A stretch of 64,000 nt of DNA, taken from Kiritimatiellia bacterium (GTDB taxonomy: Bacteria > Verrucomicrobiota > Kiritimatiellia > RFP12 > UBA1067). The position numbers were made by a program, and so were the translations under genes. The DNA is taken from contig JBMNFY010000001.1 in assembly GCA_050949565.1 (NCBI GenBank), positions 160,001 through 224,000 on the forward strand. The letters run 5' to 3'. Shown here in pieces: positions 1-10,015 of the stretch (the stretch's first letter is position 1; every line of letters starts with the position of its first letter). Under the pieces are notes generated by a model, which was given only the letters and a program-made list of their open reading frames with translations, did no database searches and had not been told where the DNA came from.

Positions 1-2028
1 CCCGCGAAGAAGAAGGCTTCCCCCGCGAAACCTAAGACCAAGAAGAAAAAGACCGTCAAGGCTTCGGCGGTACCGAAGGACACAGATGACGAGCAGGTGG
101 TGGACGTCATGGAGGCGGGAGAGGCGATTGAGCCCACTGATGACGAATTGGCTTTTGAAGCCGATGACGCATCGCTCAGCATGGACGACGACGCCGATGT
201 CGACGTAGATATGAGCGATGCAGGTGTCTTGGATGAGCTGGACCGCGATCTTGATGACGGTGAGGATGATTTTGACGATGGCGACGACGATGAAGACGCC
301 GAGGACGGCGTTGACTTCGACGTGATTGAAGGTGCTGATTTCAGCGTGGGGTTCGAGTCTGAATTGGCGCTGGATGCGGACCACCTTGAAGCCAAGGCCA
401 AGCGTGAAGAGCGCAGTGAGCGGATCAAAACGCTGATCAAGCGCGCTGAGGCTCAGGGTGGCTACCTGACCTACGACGATATCAATGAAGTCCTGCCAAA
501 CGCGGTGATCAAGGATACCGACATCGAAGCATATCTGGCGATCTTGCGCGGTATGGATATTGAGATCATCGATGCGTCAGAGGTCGAGCGTTTCCGCAGT
601 GAGCACGAGCAGGAAGAGCAGCGCAGCCGTAGCAGCCGGATGGATTTCTTTGACGATCCGATCCGCATGTATCTGCATCAGATGGGGCAGGTGCCGTTGC
701 TGACGCGTGAGCAGGAGATTGAGATCTGCAAGCGTATCGAAGTGGCTGAAAGCAAAGAACGGGAGATGTTTAACCAGTTCGCCTTCACGCCCCGGCTTTA
801 TCTGGAATTGCTGGACCGTCTTGAGACCGGTACGGAGCGTTTCGACCGGGTCGTGACCGATAAGTTTTCAGAAAGCCGCGACGTCTACATGGAGGGTGTC
901 GACAAGATCAAGAAGAACCTCTTGTCCGTGCGCTCCAAGATCCTTAAGGCGTACGATCAGGTGGCCGCCTGTGGCGAAGAGGATACGCCCAAGCGCAAGC
1001 GCGCCGTCAAAAATCTGGAGAAGGCACGGCAGGACTTGTTCGCCGCTTTTCACACGCTGAATTTCAAACAAAAGATTCTCGAGAGCCTGTGTGCTGAGGC
1101 TGACGAGAAGATCTACCGCCCATACAAAAACCTGCTGGGCGAGCGTGCCAAGCTGCTCAAGCAACGCCAGACCAAAAAGCGCGACCAAGCGCTTCAGGAG
1201 ATCGAAGTGCGTTGCGCGGGCATCGAGCAGGAGTTCGGTATGGACCCCGAGGAGTTTCTCGTTCGGTTCGAGGAACTGCGTGACGTGCTGCGTTCTGGCC
1301 AGAAAGCCAGAACCGAGATGGTCGAGGCCAATCTGCGTCTGGTCATCAGCATCGTCAAGAAGTACATGAACCGTGGGCTTTCTTTCCTGGACCTGATTCA
1401 GGAGGGTAACACCGGCTTGATGAAAGCCGTGGAGAAGTTTGAGTATCGCCGTGGCTACAAGTTCAGCACGTACGCCACGTGGTGGATCCGGCAGGCTGCG
1501 ACCCGGGCAATCGCTGACCAGGCCCGCACCATCCGCATTCCGGTTCACATGATCGAAACGATCAACAAGCTGCTGCGCGTGCAGAAGAAGCTTATTCAGG
1601 AACTGGGACGCGAACCGACGCCGGAAGAGGCCGCCGAGGAGATGGACATCCCCGTTGAGCGCGTGCGCGCCGTGTACCGCATGGCTCAGCAGCCGATATC
1701 GCTGCAAAGCCCGGTGGGGGATGGCGATGACGCGCATTTCGGCGACTTCATTGAGGATAAATCCGCAGAAAATCCTTCAGAGATGACAGCTTACAGCATG
1801 CTGAAGGAGCGTCTGCAGGAGGTGCTGACAACCCTGACCGACCGTGAGCGCCAGGTGCTGGATAACCGATTCGGACTGACCGACGGTTACTCGCGCACGT
1901 TGGAGGAGGTCGGCAAGCAGTTCAATGTGACGCGCGAACGCATCCGCCAGATCGAAGCCAAGGCGTTGCGCAAGTTGCGTCACCCCACACGGCTGCGCAA
2001 GCTGGAGGGTTTTCTGGAGACGCGCTGA
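1..2028 (+). CDS. rpoD: RNA polymerase primary sigma factor sigma-70 (5' end lies outside the window; frame open from base 1)
   Basis: Region 1.2 [12 protein letters not shown], region 2 [43 protein letters not shown], region 4 [24 protein letters not shown]; frame 1 has no stop upstream of 97 and encodes Lys-rich [17 protein letters not shown]. Confidence 0.97.
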   Translation, partial: PAKKKASPAKPKTKKKKTVKASAVPKDTDDEQVVDVMEAGEAIEPTDDELAFEADDASLSMDDDADVDVDMSDAGVLDELDRDLDDGEDDFDDGDDDEDAEDGVDFDVIEGADFSVGFESELALDADHLEAKAKREERSERIKTLIKRAEAQGGYLTYDDINEVLPNAVIKDTDIEAYLAILRGMDIEIIDASEVERFRSEHEQEEQRSRSSRMDFFDDPIRMYLHQMGQVPLLTREQEIEICKRIEVAESKEREMFNQFAFTPRLYLELLDRLETGTERFDRVVTDKFSESRDVYMEGVDKIKKNLLSVRSKILKAYDQVAACGEEDTPKRKRAVKNLEKARQDLFAAFHTLNFKQKILESLCAEADEKIYRPYKNLLGERAKLLKQRQTKKRDQALQEIEVRCAGIEQEFGMDPEEFLVRFEELRDVLRSGQKARTEMVEANLRLVISIVKKYMNRGLSFLDLIQEGNTGLMKAVEKFEYRRGYKFSTYATWWIRQAATRAIADQARTIRIPVHMIETINKLLRVQKKLIQELGREPTPEEAAEEMDIPVERVRAVYRMAQQPISLQSPVGDGDDAHFGDFIEDKSAENPSEMTAYSMLKERLQEVLTTLTDRERQVLDNRFGLTDGYSRTLEEVGKQFNVTRERIRQIEAKALRKLRHPTRLRKLEGFLETR

Positions 2029-2164
2029 AGCGGGTCCGGCGCCGTCGCGTGCGATGGGGCGTCGGCCGCGGGTCTTGTCACCGATTGGGTGTGTGTGCAA
2101 GGACTCAGTGTGGCCCCTCTGGCAGAGTCGTGTGTAACCGTCAAGTGGATCAAGGAGGTTCCTT

Positions 2165-2554
2165 TTGGCACAGTGTTGTTTGATGTCGAATCCGGCTGCG
2201 ATAGGTATCGGAGCGGGTGTGATCGGCTTCATCGCCGGTTTTGTTGTGGCGAAAATGTGTGGCGGCGGCTCAAGTTGTTACGCGGGCGGCGATGGTGAAT
2301 GCGTGGAGATTTATGTCGGCAATCTTAGCTATGACATGACCGAAGCGCAGATGCGTAAGGAGTTCGAGAAATACGGCACGGTGAAATCCGCGCGTATTAT
2401 CACGAACCGGTTCAACCATAAGTCCAAGGGTTTCGGATTCGTGGAGATGCCCAACCGGCAAGAGGCCGAGACGGCGATCAAGGCGCTCCATGATAAGGAT
2501 GTGCTTGGACGCAAGTTGCGCGTGAATGAAGCCAAAAACAAATCGCGCGAATAA
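2165..2554 (+). CDS. RRM (RNP) RNA-binding protein with N-terminal hydrophobic helix
   Basis: RNP2 IYVGNL and RNP1 KGFGFVEM; AAGGAGG at 2152-2158 before TTG start; hydrophobic AAIGIGAGVIGFIAGFVVA. Confidence 0.92.
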   Translation: MAQCCLMSNPAAIGIGAGVIGFIAGFVVAKMCGGGSSCYAGGDGECVEIYVGNLSYDMTEAQMRKEFEKYGTVKSARIITNRFNHKSKGFGFVEMPNRQEAETAIKALHDKDVLGRKLRVNEAKNKSRE

Positions 2555-2563
2555 AAGCGACGC

Positions 2564-2591
2564 AGCGTCCCGGCAACGGGACGCTTTTTTT
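2564..2591 (+). terminator. Rho-independent terminator
   Basis: AGCGTCCCG-GCAA-CGGGACGCT hairpin followed by a T run. Confidence 0.88.
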
Positions 2592-2608
2592 GTTTCAGAG
2601 GGGAGTGT

Positions 2609-4207
2609 GTGATGGCTGAGAAACGGAAGTCGGAACGGACCATGAGGATCGGGATCGATCCGGCCACTGTGGATCAACAGGCGGCCGCGACATCCCGCCC
2701 GCCTGCGCGGGGAGAGATGCACGCATGGCGTACGCAGCATCAAAAACGCGACACCCCGTTTTACAAATTGCTGGAAAGCGTCTATGACGCGGTGCTGATC
2801 ACCACGCGTGCCGGCAAGATTATTGAGTGTAACGAACGCGCTTGCGAGTTCTTTCAGGCGGAAGCGAAAAAACTGCTCGGACTGAGTGTGGTGAAGCTGA
2901 TTTCCGGTGCGACCGATGCGCTGCTCGACACCATCAACAAGAACCTCGTCAACAAGAAGTACACGCTGGTCGAGGCGCGCTGCAAGCGTTTCAACGGGAC
3001 ATCGTTTGCGGCGGAGATCGCGGTGAACCAAGTGGATCTCGATGCGCATGGGCAGCTCTGTTTCTTCGTGCGTGACATCACGGTGCGCTGGCAGGCGCAG
3101 CAGGCGCTTGAAGACGCGGTGGAGCGGCTGCAAGCGCATGACCGCATGCGTATGGAGTTTGTCTCCAACGTTTCTCACGAGTTGCGCACGCCGCTGACCT
3201 CGATGATCTACGCGGTCAACAACATGTTGCGCGGGGTCGTCGGCCCCATGCCAGAGAAGGCGCTGAATTACTTGGAGCGGTTGCAGTCCGACTGCCAGCG
3301 CTTGCTGGCGACCGTCAATGACATCCTAGACTTGCGTCAAGTTGAGAACAAGACGCTGGTGTTGACCAAAACGGTGGTGCCACTCGGTCAGGTGATTCGC
3401 GACGGTGCTGAAACGCTTCAGGTGCAAGCCGACTCCAAGCGGATCACGATGACGTTTGACTTGGGTGAACGCGAGTTGTTCTGCCTGTGCGATGCGCAGA
3501 AGATCGAGCGGGTGGTCTTGAATATCGTGGGCAACGCCGTCAAGTTCACGCCAGCCAACGGCGCGATCACGCTGACGCTTCGGCAACATCCCGAAAATGC
3601 CAAGCTCGCCTTGCTGACGGTCAGCGACACGGGTATGGGCATCCCGCCCGATGTGCTGCCCAAGATCTCGCAGCGTTATTTCAGGGTTGGTGATCACGTG
3701 AGCGGTACCGGTTTGGGGCTGGCAATCTCGCGCGAGATCGTTGACCTGCACGGCGGCAGTATGTCCTTCGCCAGCCCGGTGCCGGGGAGTACGTGCGGTA
3801 CGGCGGTGTACGTGGGATTGCCGCTTGCGCCCAAGCCGCTGGTTGTCGCGGTGACGCAAGATGCGGAGACCGCACAGTTTCTGCAAGAGAAGGTGGTCGA
3901 CCGAGGTTACGGTCTGTTGTTGACCGAGTCGGGCCAAGAGGCACTGGAGGCCTGCCGCAGCAAGCTGCCGGCGGTGCTGGTGCTCGACCGGCGCATCCAG
4001 GGCGCGGATGTACGCGAGATCATCCTGCAACTGCGCGAAGGCCCAAAGACCAAACGGTTGCCGGTGATTGTCCTAGGCTTGCAGACACTCGAACGCAATG
4101 AGGTTGAGCTCCACCGTCACTTCGGTATCTTCTATTCCAAGTTGCCGTGGCGCGAGAAGGATTTGTCGCGCAACTTGGCGATGGCGGTGCTCGGCAAGTT
4201 GCGCTGA
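2609..4207 (+). CDS. PAS-domain hybrid sensor histidine kinase with C-terminal degenerate receiver domain
   Basis: H-box VSHELRTPL, N-box NAVKFT, DTGMG and GTGLGL G-boxes; N-terminal PAS; C-terminal LVLD receiver-like segment. Confidence 0.9.
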   Translation: MMAEKRKSERTMRIGIDPATVDQQAAATSRPPARGEMHAWRTQHQKRDTPFYKLLESVYDAVLITTRAGKIIECNERACEFFQAEAKKLLGLSVVKLISGATDALLDTINKNLVNKKYTLVEARCKRFNGTSFAAEIAVNQVDLDAHGQLCFFVRDITVRWQAQQALEDAVERLQAHDRMRMEFVSNVSHELRTPLTSMIYAVNNMLRGVVGPMPEKALNYLERLQSDCQRLLATVNDILDLRQVENKTLVLTKTVVPLGQVIRDGAETLQVQADSKRITMTFDLGERELFCLCDAQKIERVVLNIVGNAVKFTPANGAITLTLRQHPENAKLALLTVSDTGMGIPPDVLPKISQRYFRVGDHVSGTGLGLAISREIVDLHGGSMSFASPVPGSTCGTAVYVGLPLAPKPLVVAVTQDAETAQFLQEKVVDRGYGLLLTESGQEALEACRSKLPAVLVLDRRIQGADVREIILQLREGPKTKRLPVIVLGLQTLERNEVELHRHFGIFYSKLPWREKDLSRNLAMAVLGKLR

Positions 4208-4212
4208 GCGCG

Positions 4213-6600
4213 TCAATCGACGTGAATCTGCCACTCCAGCACGCCGCCCGAAAAATCGGGCTGGAGCACGGCGCGGAGGCGCAAGGCACGCGCAGTCACC
4301 GGTGTAGTGAAACGCGCCTCGCACAGCTTGTCTTTGGCCACGGGATAGGTGGCGGGAATATCCTGCCAGCCGCCCTGTCCGTCGGGAATCTGGATTGTCC
4401 AAGAGGCCGGTAGACGGCATTGGCCGCGACCGGTGTCATCGAACCAATATACTGAGCATCCTTTCAGTGTTTCCGGACGTCCCAGATCGACATGCAGCCA
4501 CTCCGGTGTGCCTTTGCGCGGCCACCAAGTCATGCGGGGGATGCTGTGGTCGTTCGAGGACTTCGGCAGCAAGCCGTCATTGAGCGCAGCGAGGGTGTCG
4601 TTCTCATAGCAATGCGACGCAGTGAAGGCAAGGTCGCTGCCGGGCTCGGCGTGTTCGTCATCGGTCGGGAACCAGACCTGCATCTCGCCGGCACCACGGT
4701 GGCACCAAGCGAAGTAGGGGATCAGTGTGGCGGTGACTGGCCGCGACGAACGCTTCCCGCGCAGGTCTGCGCTAACCGCGCGCGCATCGGCCGTGAGTGA
4801 GACGAGCCGATGCCCCAGCACCTCCACAGTGCCTTCACGAAACGCAGTGTCCGGCGCGAGCGCTAAATTTAATACGCGTCCGTCATTGTCGGCGGCTTCG
4901 GCGCAGTAAACCAGTGGACCGCGCTCCACCGCCAGCCGCCCGCGGTTGGCGGTGGCAGCCTGATGGCAGCGGATACGGCGGACAGGCATCGGGAAAGTCA
5001 ACGTGACGGTATCACCGGTGCGCCATTCACGTCCGAGCGTCAGATACCCGCGATCAAGCGTGATCGGCACCGACTGCCCGTTGACTGCAACGGAGATATC
5101 TTTGAGCGAGCCGGGCTCGGTTTGCACATAGAGGTCGGAGGGTACCGGCGTGCCGATGGCCCAACCGGGAATACGGATCTTGAGCGGGAACGTGAGACGC
5201 TCCTTGTCCGGCTTCACCTCGATACGCACGTGACCGTTCCAAGGGTAGTCGGTCGTCTGGATCAAGGTGACGGTGCCGACGGGTGTTTTGAGCGCGGCTT
5301 GGCTGGCGACGAAGAGATTCACGTAAACCGTCTCGTCGCGTTGAGCGTAGGTAAACGAAGCGATCTGCGGGATGAAGCGCACGACGTTCACGGGACAACA
5401 GGAGCAGCCGAACCACTTGGAGCGGGCATAACCGCCGCGACTGGCCAGCGGGTTGGGATAGAAGAATTCGTCGCCGCTGATTGAGATGCCGGAGAGGAAA
5501 CCGTTGTAGATCACGCGTTCCAAGACGTCGATATATTTGGCGTCGCCGTGCAGCAGGAACATGCGCTGGTTCCAGAGGGCGTTGGCGATGGCGGCGCAAG
5601 TCTCCAGATAGGCCGTTTCATTCGGCAGTTCGTAGTTGTCGCCGAACGCTTCGCCGCTGCGGCGCGCGCCGATGCCGCCCGTGAGGTGCATCTTTTTTGA
5701 AACGACATTCTCCCAAAGCGCGTCAATGGCGGCAATCAGAGCGCGATCGCCGGTCAGTGCGGCGACATCCGCCATGCCGGTGTAAAGATAACCGGCGCGG
5801 ACCGCATGGCCGACGGCTTCCGTCTGTTGGACAACGGGGATGTGGTCTTGGCAGTAGGGGCCGAAGACCTTGCCGCGCAGATCGCTGCGCCCGCGCATGT
5901 CGATGAAGAATTTTGCGAGGTTGAGATAGCGCGTCTCTCCCGTGGCACGGTAGAGTTTGCAGAGGCCGATTTCAATCTCCTGATGGCCCGGCACACCCTT
6001 GATCTGGTCGGGGGCGGGACCAAAGGTTTTATCGATCAGGTCAGCGTTTTTACGGGCTACATCGAGCAGTGCGCGCTTGCCGGTGACGGTGAAGAGGGCA
6101 ACCGCTGCCTCATACATATGGCCGACGTTATAGAGTTCGTGGCCGTGGGCCAGATTGCTCCAGCGCGTCGGGCCGGTCATGCCGTTTGTGAAGCCCAATG
6201 TGCGTGCGGTGTAGAGATAGCCGTCGGGCTCCTGAGCGGCGGCCATCTTGGCAATCAGTCCGTCCAGATAGGTGTCCAGTTTGGGGTCGGGATGGGGCGC
6301 GAGTGTATAGGCCGCGCCCTCCACGATTTTGAAGACGTCTGAGTCGTCAAAGGGAATACCGCGGAAGGGGCCTTCTTCCAACTTCCCGGCGCGCGCGAAG
6401 TTGGAGATGCGTCCGGTTTCCTCGCTCTTGCGGAAGTCTGCCCAGACCGTGACCAGACGGTTGGTTTCGAAGCGCGGTAGCCAGAAGCCTTCGCGAATCA
6501 CAACTTGATTGAGCGGCACGGGCTGATAGGGGTAATCCGGGGTCGCGGTGCCCCAGCAGACGGTTACGCTGAGCGCACAAACGGCGAGTACTTTTTTCAT
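4213..6600 (-). CDS. Secreted GH127 beta-L-arabinofuranosidase-like protein with C-terminal discoidin (F5/8)-like domain
   Basis: HELY, GHAVR, ETCAAI and CSCCP motifs of GH127; signal peptide MKKVLAVCALSVTVCWG, start moved to ATG at 6600. Confidence 0.88.
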   Translation of the reverse strand: MKKVLAVCALSVTVCWGTATPDYPYQPVPLNQVVIREGFWLPRFETNRLVTVWADFRKSEETGRISNFARAGKLEEGPFRGIPFDDSDVFKIVEGAAYTLAPHPDPKLDTYLDGLIAKMAAAQEPDGYLYTARTLGFTNGMTGPTRWSNLAHGHELYNVGHMYEAAVALFTVTGKRALLDVARKNADLIDKTFGPAPDQIKGVPGHQEIEIGLCKLYRATGETRYLNLAKFFIDMRGRSDLRGKVFGPYCQDHIPVVQQTEAVGHAVRAGYLYTGMADVAALTGDRALIAAIDALWENVVSKKMHLTGGIGARRSGEAFGDNYELPNETAYLETCAAIANALWNQRMFLLHGDAKYIDVLERVIYNGFLSGISISGDEFFYPNPLASRGGYARSKWFGCSCCPVNVVRFIPQIASFTYAQRDETVYVNLFVASQAALKTPVGTVTLIQTTDYPWNGHVRIEVKPDKERLTFPLKIRIPGWAIGTPVPSDLYVQTEPGSLKDISVAVNGQSVPITLDRGYLTLGREWRTGDTVTLTFPMPVRRIRCHQAATANRGRLAVERGPLVYCAEAADNDGRVLNLALAPDTAFREGTVEVLGHRLVSLTADARAVSADLRGKRSSRPVTATLIPYFAWCHRGAGEMQVWFPTDDEHAEPGSDLAFTASHCYENDTLAALNDGLLPKSSNDHSIPRMTWWPRKGTPEWLHVDLGRPETLKGCSVYWFDDTGRGQCRLPASWTIQIPDGQGGWQDIPATYPVAKDKLCEARFTTPVTARALRLRAVLQPDFSGGVLEWQIHVD

Positions 6601-6613
6601 TAGACGAGACTCC

Positions 6614-9600
6614 TTATTTGAGTATGAACAGGAGGCCACGGCTGATCAGCGAAAGCTCTCCTGTTTCGGCGTTGGCGCTAAGCGTCCATTTGTTGGCTGT
6701 TGTGAAAATGGGTGTCAGAGAGCCGGACAGCATACCGGGCGGGAAGGTTGCAATCAGGTAGCGTTTGCCAGGGACGAGCGCTTCTTCGTTCTGGAAGGTG
6801 AGTGTGGCTTGGACAAACGACAGGCTGCCTTGCACGACGAGTCGGTCGCACGCGCCGTCGGGAGTGGCGTCGAACAGCAACGTCGCGCCATCCAAGACGG
6901 TGTCAGTCGCAAGGGTCAACGTGCCCAGCGTGTCAATGCCGCCCGGTGTCAGCAGACCGTTTACGGTGAGTGTGCCGTTGGAGACACACCCATCGCCGCT
7001 TAAGTTGGTTATGGTCTGTGCGGTCTCGTCCAAGTCCACGAAGGCACCGGCTGCCACATCAAAGTTGCCCGCCGACAGCATAGGCTGTGCGCCGCTGATC
7101 AGCCACTTCGCACGCAGATAGGCGCTCACACCCATCATCTCAGGCGGTGTGAGCGCGCGGTTGAAGAGGATCACTTCGGCGACATCGCCCCAACACGTCG
7201 CCGTGAAACGCGAGCCGAGCGTCATCGGCGTGTCGGTCGTGTTGGGCGTCAGGGTGATGGATTTACTGAGGAACGTGTCGGGACCGATCACAGTGGCGGT
7301 GGCCGTACCGTTATCGATCACGAAGTCATACAGTTCAGCGACTCCGTTCGGCCGCGCGGGGAAGGTCATGTCGTTTTTGGGGCCCCATGTGTAGGCGAAG
7401 AAAAGCTCCCGCTGGCTGGCCAGGCCGAAGGCGGTTCTATCGGTATTTCCGCCAACATGCGCGATGAAATTCGAGCTGTTGTTGCGACGGTTGCCGACGG
7501 CGAAAAGCGTCCGGTTGGCCGCGCCGGCAATGCCGAGATTGGTTTTGGTTTTCAAGGACGTGGTGCCGTCAACCGAGAGTACCGGCAGGCCGTTCAATGC
7601 GTTTTGGGTCACCGTGGGGCCCGCACCGGGTACAATCTGCTCCGCATCCAGCGCGGCACCAGCCGCCCCTTTGTTTGCCCACAATGTGACCTGTCCGGCC
7701 GCATTAGTGGTGAGCGTGGCGGAGTCCGCCGCGTCAAACCAAGCGTGGCTCGTCGCCAAGAGCGATTCGATGGAGGGCGAGGTGAGCACCAGCGTGCCGG
7801 CCGCGACAGTCGTACCGCCCTGATGGCCGTTGATGCCCGACAGCGCCAGGCTGCCGGAGCCGATTTTGGCGAGTGTGACCGGTCCATCGATCGTGCCGCC
7901 AAAGGTACAGTCAGTGTTGCCACTGCCGACGGTGAGAGTGACCGCAGCGGGCGAGCTGTTCATGACGCGTCCCACGCCGTTCAGGCTGCTGAACGATTGA
8001 TCAGCGCCGTTGAGATCAAGCACACCGCCGGTAGCGAGATGCAGGGCACCCTCCGGTGGCAACAGGCCGTTGCTGCCGCTGTGCATCAGGGTCTGCATGA
8101 TCGCCACAATCCCCGCCGCAGTGAAGGCTCGGTCGGCAATGAGGAGATTGTCGATGTATCCTTTGAAACCGACATCGCTGGTGGTCTTGCCGACCACGAA
8201 ATTGATACCCTGCGCATTCAGTCCGGTACGGGACGTGGTTCTGACCGGCACCCCGTCCACATACATGGTCTGAGTCAAGCCATCCCATGTGACGGCGATG
8301 TGGTGCCACTCACCATCTTTGAGGTTGGTGCTGAGGCCACTTACCTCAAAGTCGTTGGCATACCAGTAATTTTTGAGACCGTGTGCGCCTGCAAGGCGGA
8401 GGTTGTTGCACTGGTTGTTGGCGTTGTTGCCCCAGCCGCAGAAGCCGCCGGTGTTCGGCGAGCCGTCGTCGCGCATCCAAAGCGCGATGGTGTAGGGCGT
8501 GCTCCCCGTCGGCACACCGGCCGGGAATGTTTGACGGATCAATGTGCTTGAACCGTTCACGTAGAGGGCACCGCCGAAAACACCGGCGTCGGAGTAAGTT
8601 GGCGAACCGGTGCCGGCGACAAGGTGGTTGTCGCGCGCGCTACTGTCCGCGCCCAGATGGTTTGGATCATCGAAGGTGTAGTATGCCTGCGTGCCGTCCG
8701 GCAGGGGCACGAGTTTGAGTAAGCCGCCGTTGACCACGGTGTCGCCGTCATACCGATTGGTGGAGGCGAGAATTAACGAGCCTGCGCCGCTTTTGATCAG
8801 AGAGCCGGTGCCGTACACACTCTTGTTGAGGGTCAGGCCGGTGTTGAGCGACACGGATGCGTTGACCCCGTTCGACAGGACGACCGGCACGTTGATGGCG
8901 TGGTTGCCGCGCAGAACAGCAATACTGGGCTGTGTCGGGGCACCTGCGGCGGTGTCATCTAGGGCGAGGGTGGCGTCGGGTGTGAGGGCGCCAGGATCAA
9001 TACTGTACAGCGCGGGGCTGTCGATGGCGAGGCGCCCCAGGAGGCGGTCGCCGTCCAGTGTGATGGCGGCACTTCCAACAAAGTTGCTGGGTAGAATCGC
9101 CCAATCGCCTTGTCCGCTTGGCACGCCCAGACTCCAGTCGGCGGCACTGGCCCAACTGCTGTTGGTGGCGCTGAGCCAGATTGTGGGGCTCCGCAGCGTG
9201 AAGTTGTCGAACACGGCGGTGCCTGAGTTGTCACTGAAGGTGGCGTGCCAGATACCGACCTGAACGGCCAGCCCGTCCATGTCGTTGCGCACGGATTCGC
9301 CGACCAGCGTCCACGTCACGCCATCTTGGCTGCGATAAGTGGTAAAGAGATTGCCACTGCGGACCAGACGCAGCCAGGGTTGCAGACCGGCGGCCTCCTT
9401 CGTGCTGGTCACGCTGTTGTCGACGCTACGATGGCCGTTTTGATTGCTAAACGCTGCATGTTTGATGGTGACCCAATCTTCGCCGGGCCCCGCGTCGTCC
9501 GGTTCCGGCACACGCGCCATGAGTCCCGCATCGTGCCACTGCACGTTGTTCATGCTGACAACCCGTACCTGGGCATCAAAATCACCGGCGGCCATCTTGA

Positions 9601-9880
9601 AAAGCAGGATGCCGTCGGCGTTGCCATGCTCCCATCTGCCCTTGGTCGACTGAAAGGTCAGGCACTGCTCTGAACTGACGTTCGCGTCCGCAAGTGTGAC
9701 GACCGTGTTGCCGTTGGTGAAGTTGACGAGAAAGCCGTCCCAGATCGTTCCGGTCACACCGGCCGTCAGAAAGTTGTGTGCCGTGTCGAAGCCGTCACAG
9801 ACGAGCGTGGCGTTCGCGTTCATGCAGATCGCCGCGATAACCGCAGTCAAGCACCGACGTGTAACAATATCCATTTTCAT
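6614..9880 (-). CDS. Secreted LamG/concanavalin-domain protein with autotransporter-associated beta-strand repeats
   Basis: Signal peptide; WHHIAVTWDG LamG motif; passenger repeats LIKSGAGSLIL..N.YDGDT.V.GG and LAKIGSGSLALSG.N.HQGGTTV..G; no beta-barrel; ends GLLFILK. Confidence 0.85.
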   Translation of the reverse strand: MKMDIVTRRCLTAVIAAICMNANATLVCDGFDTAHNFLTAGVTGTIWDGFLVNFTNGNTVVTLADANVSSEQCLTFQSTKGRWEHGNADGILLFKMAAGDFDAQVRVVSMNNVQWHDAGLMARVPEPDDAGPGEDWVTIKHAAFSNQNGHRSVDNSVTSTKEAAGLQPWLRLVRSGNLFTTYRSQDGVTWTLVGESVRNDMDGLAVQVGIWHATFSDNSGTAVFDNFTLRSPTIWLSATNSSWASAADWSLGVPSGQGDWAILPSNFVGSAAITLDGDRLLGRLAIDSPALYSIDPGALTPDATLALDDTAAGAPTQPSIAVLRGNHAINVPVVLSNGVNASVSLNTGLTLNKSVYGTGSLIKSGAGSLILASTNRYDGDTVVNGGLLKLVPLPDGTQAYYTFDDPNHLGADSSARDNHLVAGTGSPTYSDAGVFGGALYVNGSSTLIRQTFPAGVPTGSTPYTIALWMRDDGSPNTGGFCGWGNNANNQCNNLRLAGAHGLKNYWYANDFEVSGLSTNLKDGEWHHIAVTWDGLTQTMYVDGVPVRTTSRTGLNAQGINFVVGKTTSDVGFKGYIDNLLIADRAFTAAGIVAIMQTLMHSGSNGLLPPEGALHLATGGVLDLNGADQSFSSLNGVGRVMNSSPAAVTLTVGSGNTDCTFGGTIDGPVTLAKIGSGSLALSGINGHQGGTTVAAGTLVLTSPSIESLLATSHAWFDAADSATLTTNAAGQVTLWANKGAAGAALDAEQIVPGAGPTVTQNALNGLPVLSVDGTTSLKTKTNLGIAGAANRTLFAVGNRRNNSSNFIAHVGGNTDRTAFGLASQRELFFAYTWGPKNDMTFPARPNGVAELYDFVIDNGTATATVIGPDTFLSKSITLTPNTTDTPMTLGSRFTATCWGDVAEVILFNRALTPPEMMGVSAYLRAKWLISGAQPMLSAGNFDVAAGAFVDLDETAQTITNLSGDGCVSNGTLTVNGLLTPGGIDTLGTLTLATDTVLDGATLLFDATPDGACDRLVVQGSLSFVQATLTFQNEEALVPGKRYLIATFPPGMLSGSLTPIFTTANKWTLSANAETGELSLISRGLLFILK

Positions 9881-10015
9881 CCTTACGCCTCCATCACCAC
9901 GACCACTCCCGTGAGGGTCTTCTAGCTAGTGATTAGCTTCTTCACCCGTTTCACACACCGCCAAGCATAGAAAAAATATGCCTTTCATGCCACATTTTTA
10001 TGTTCTCGGGCAGGA

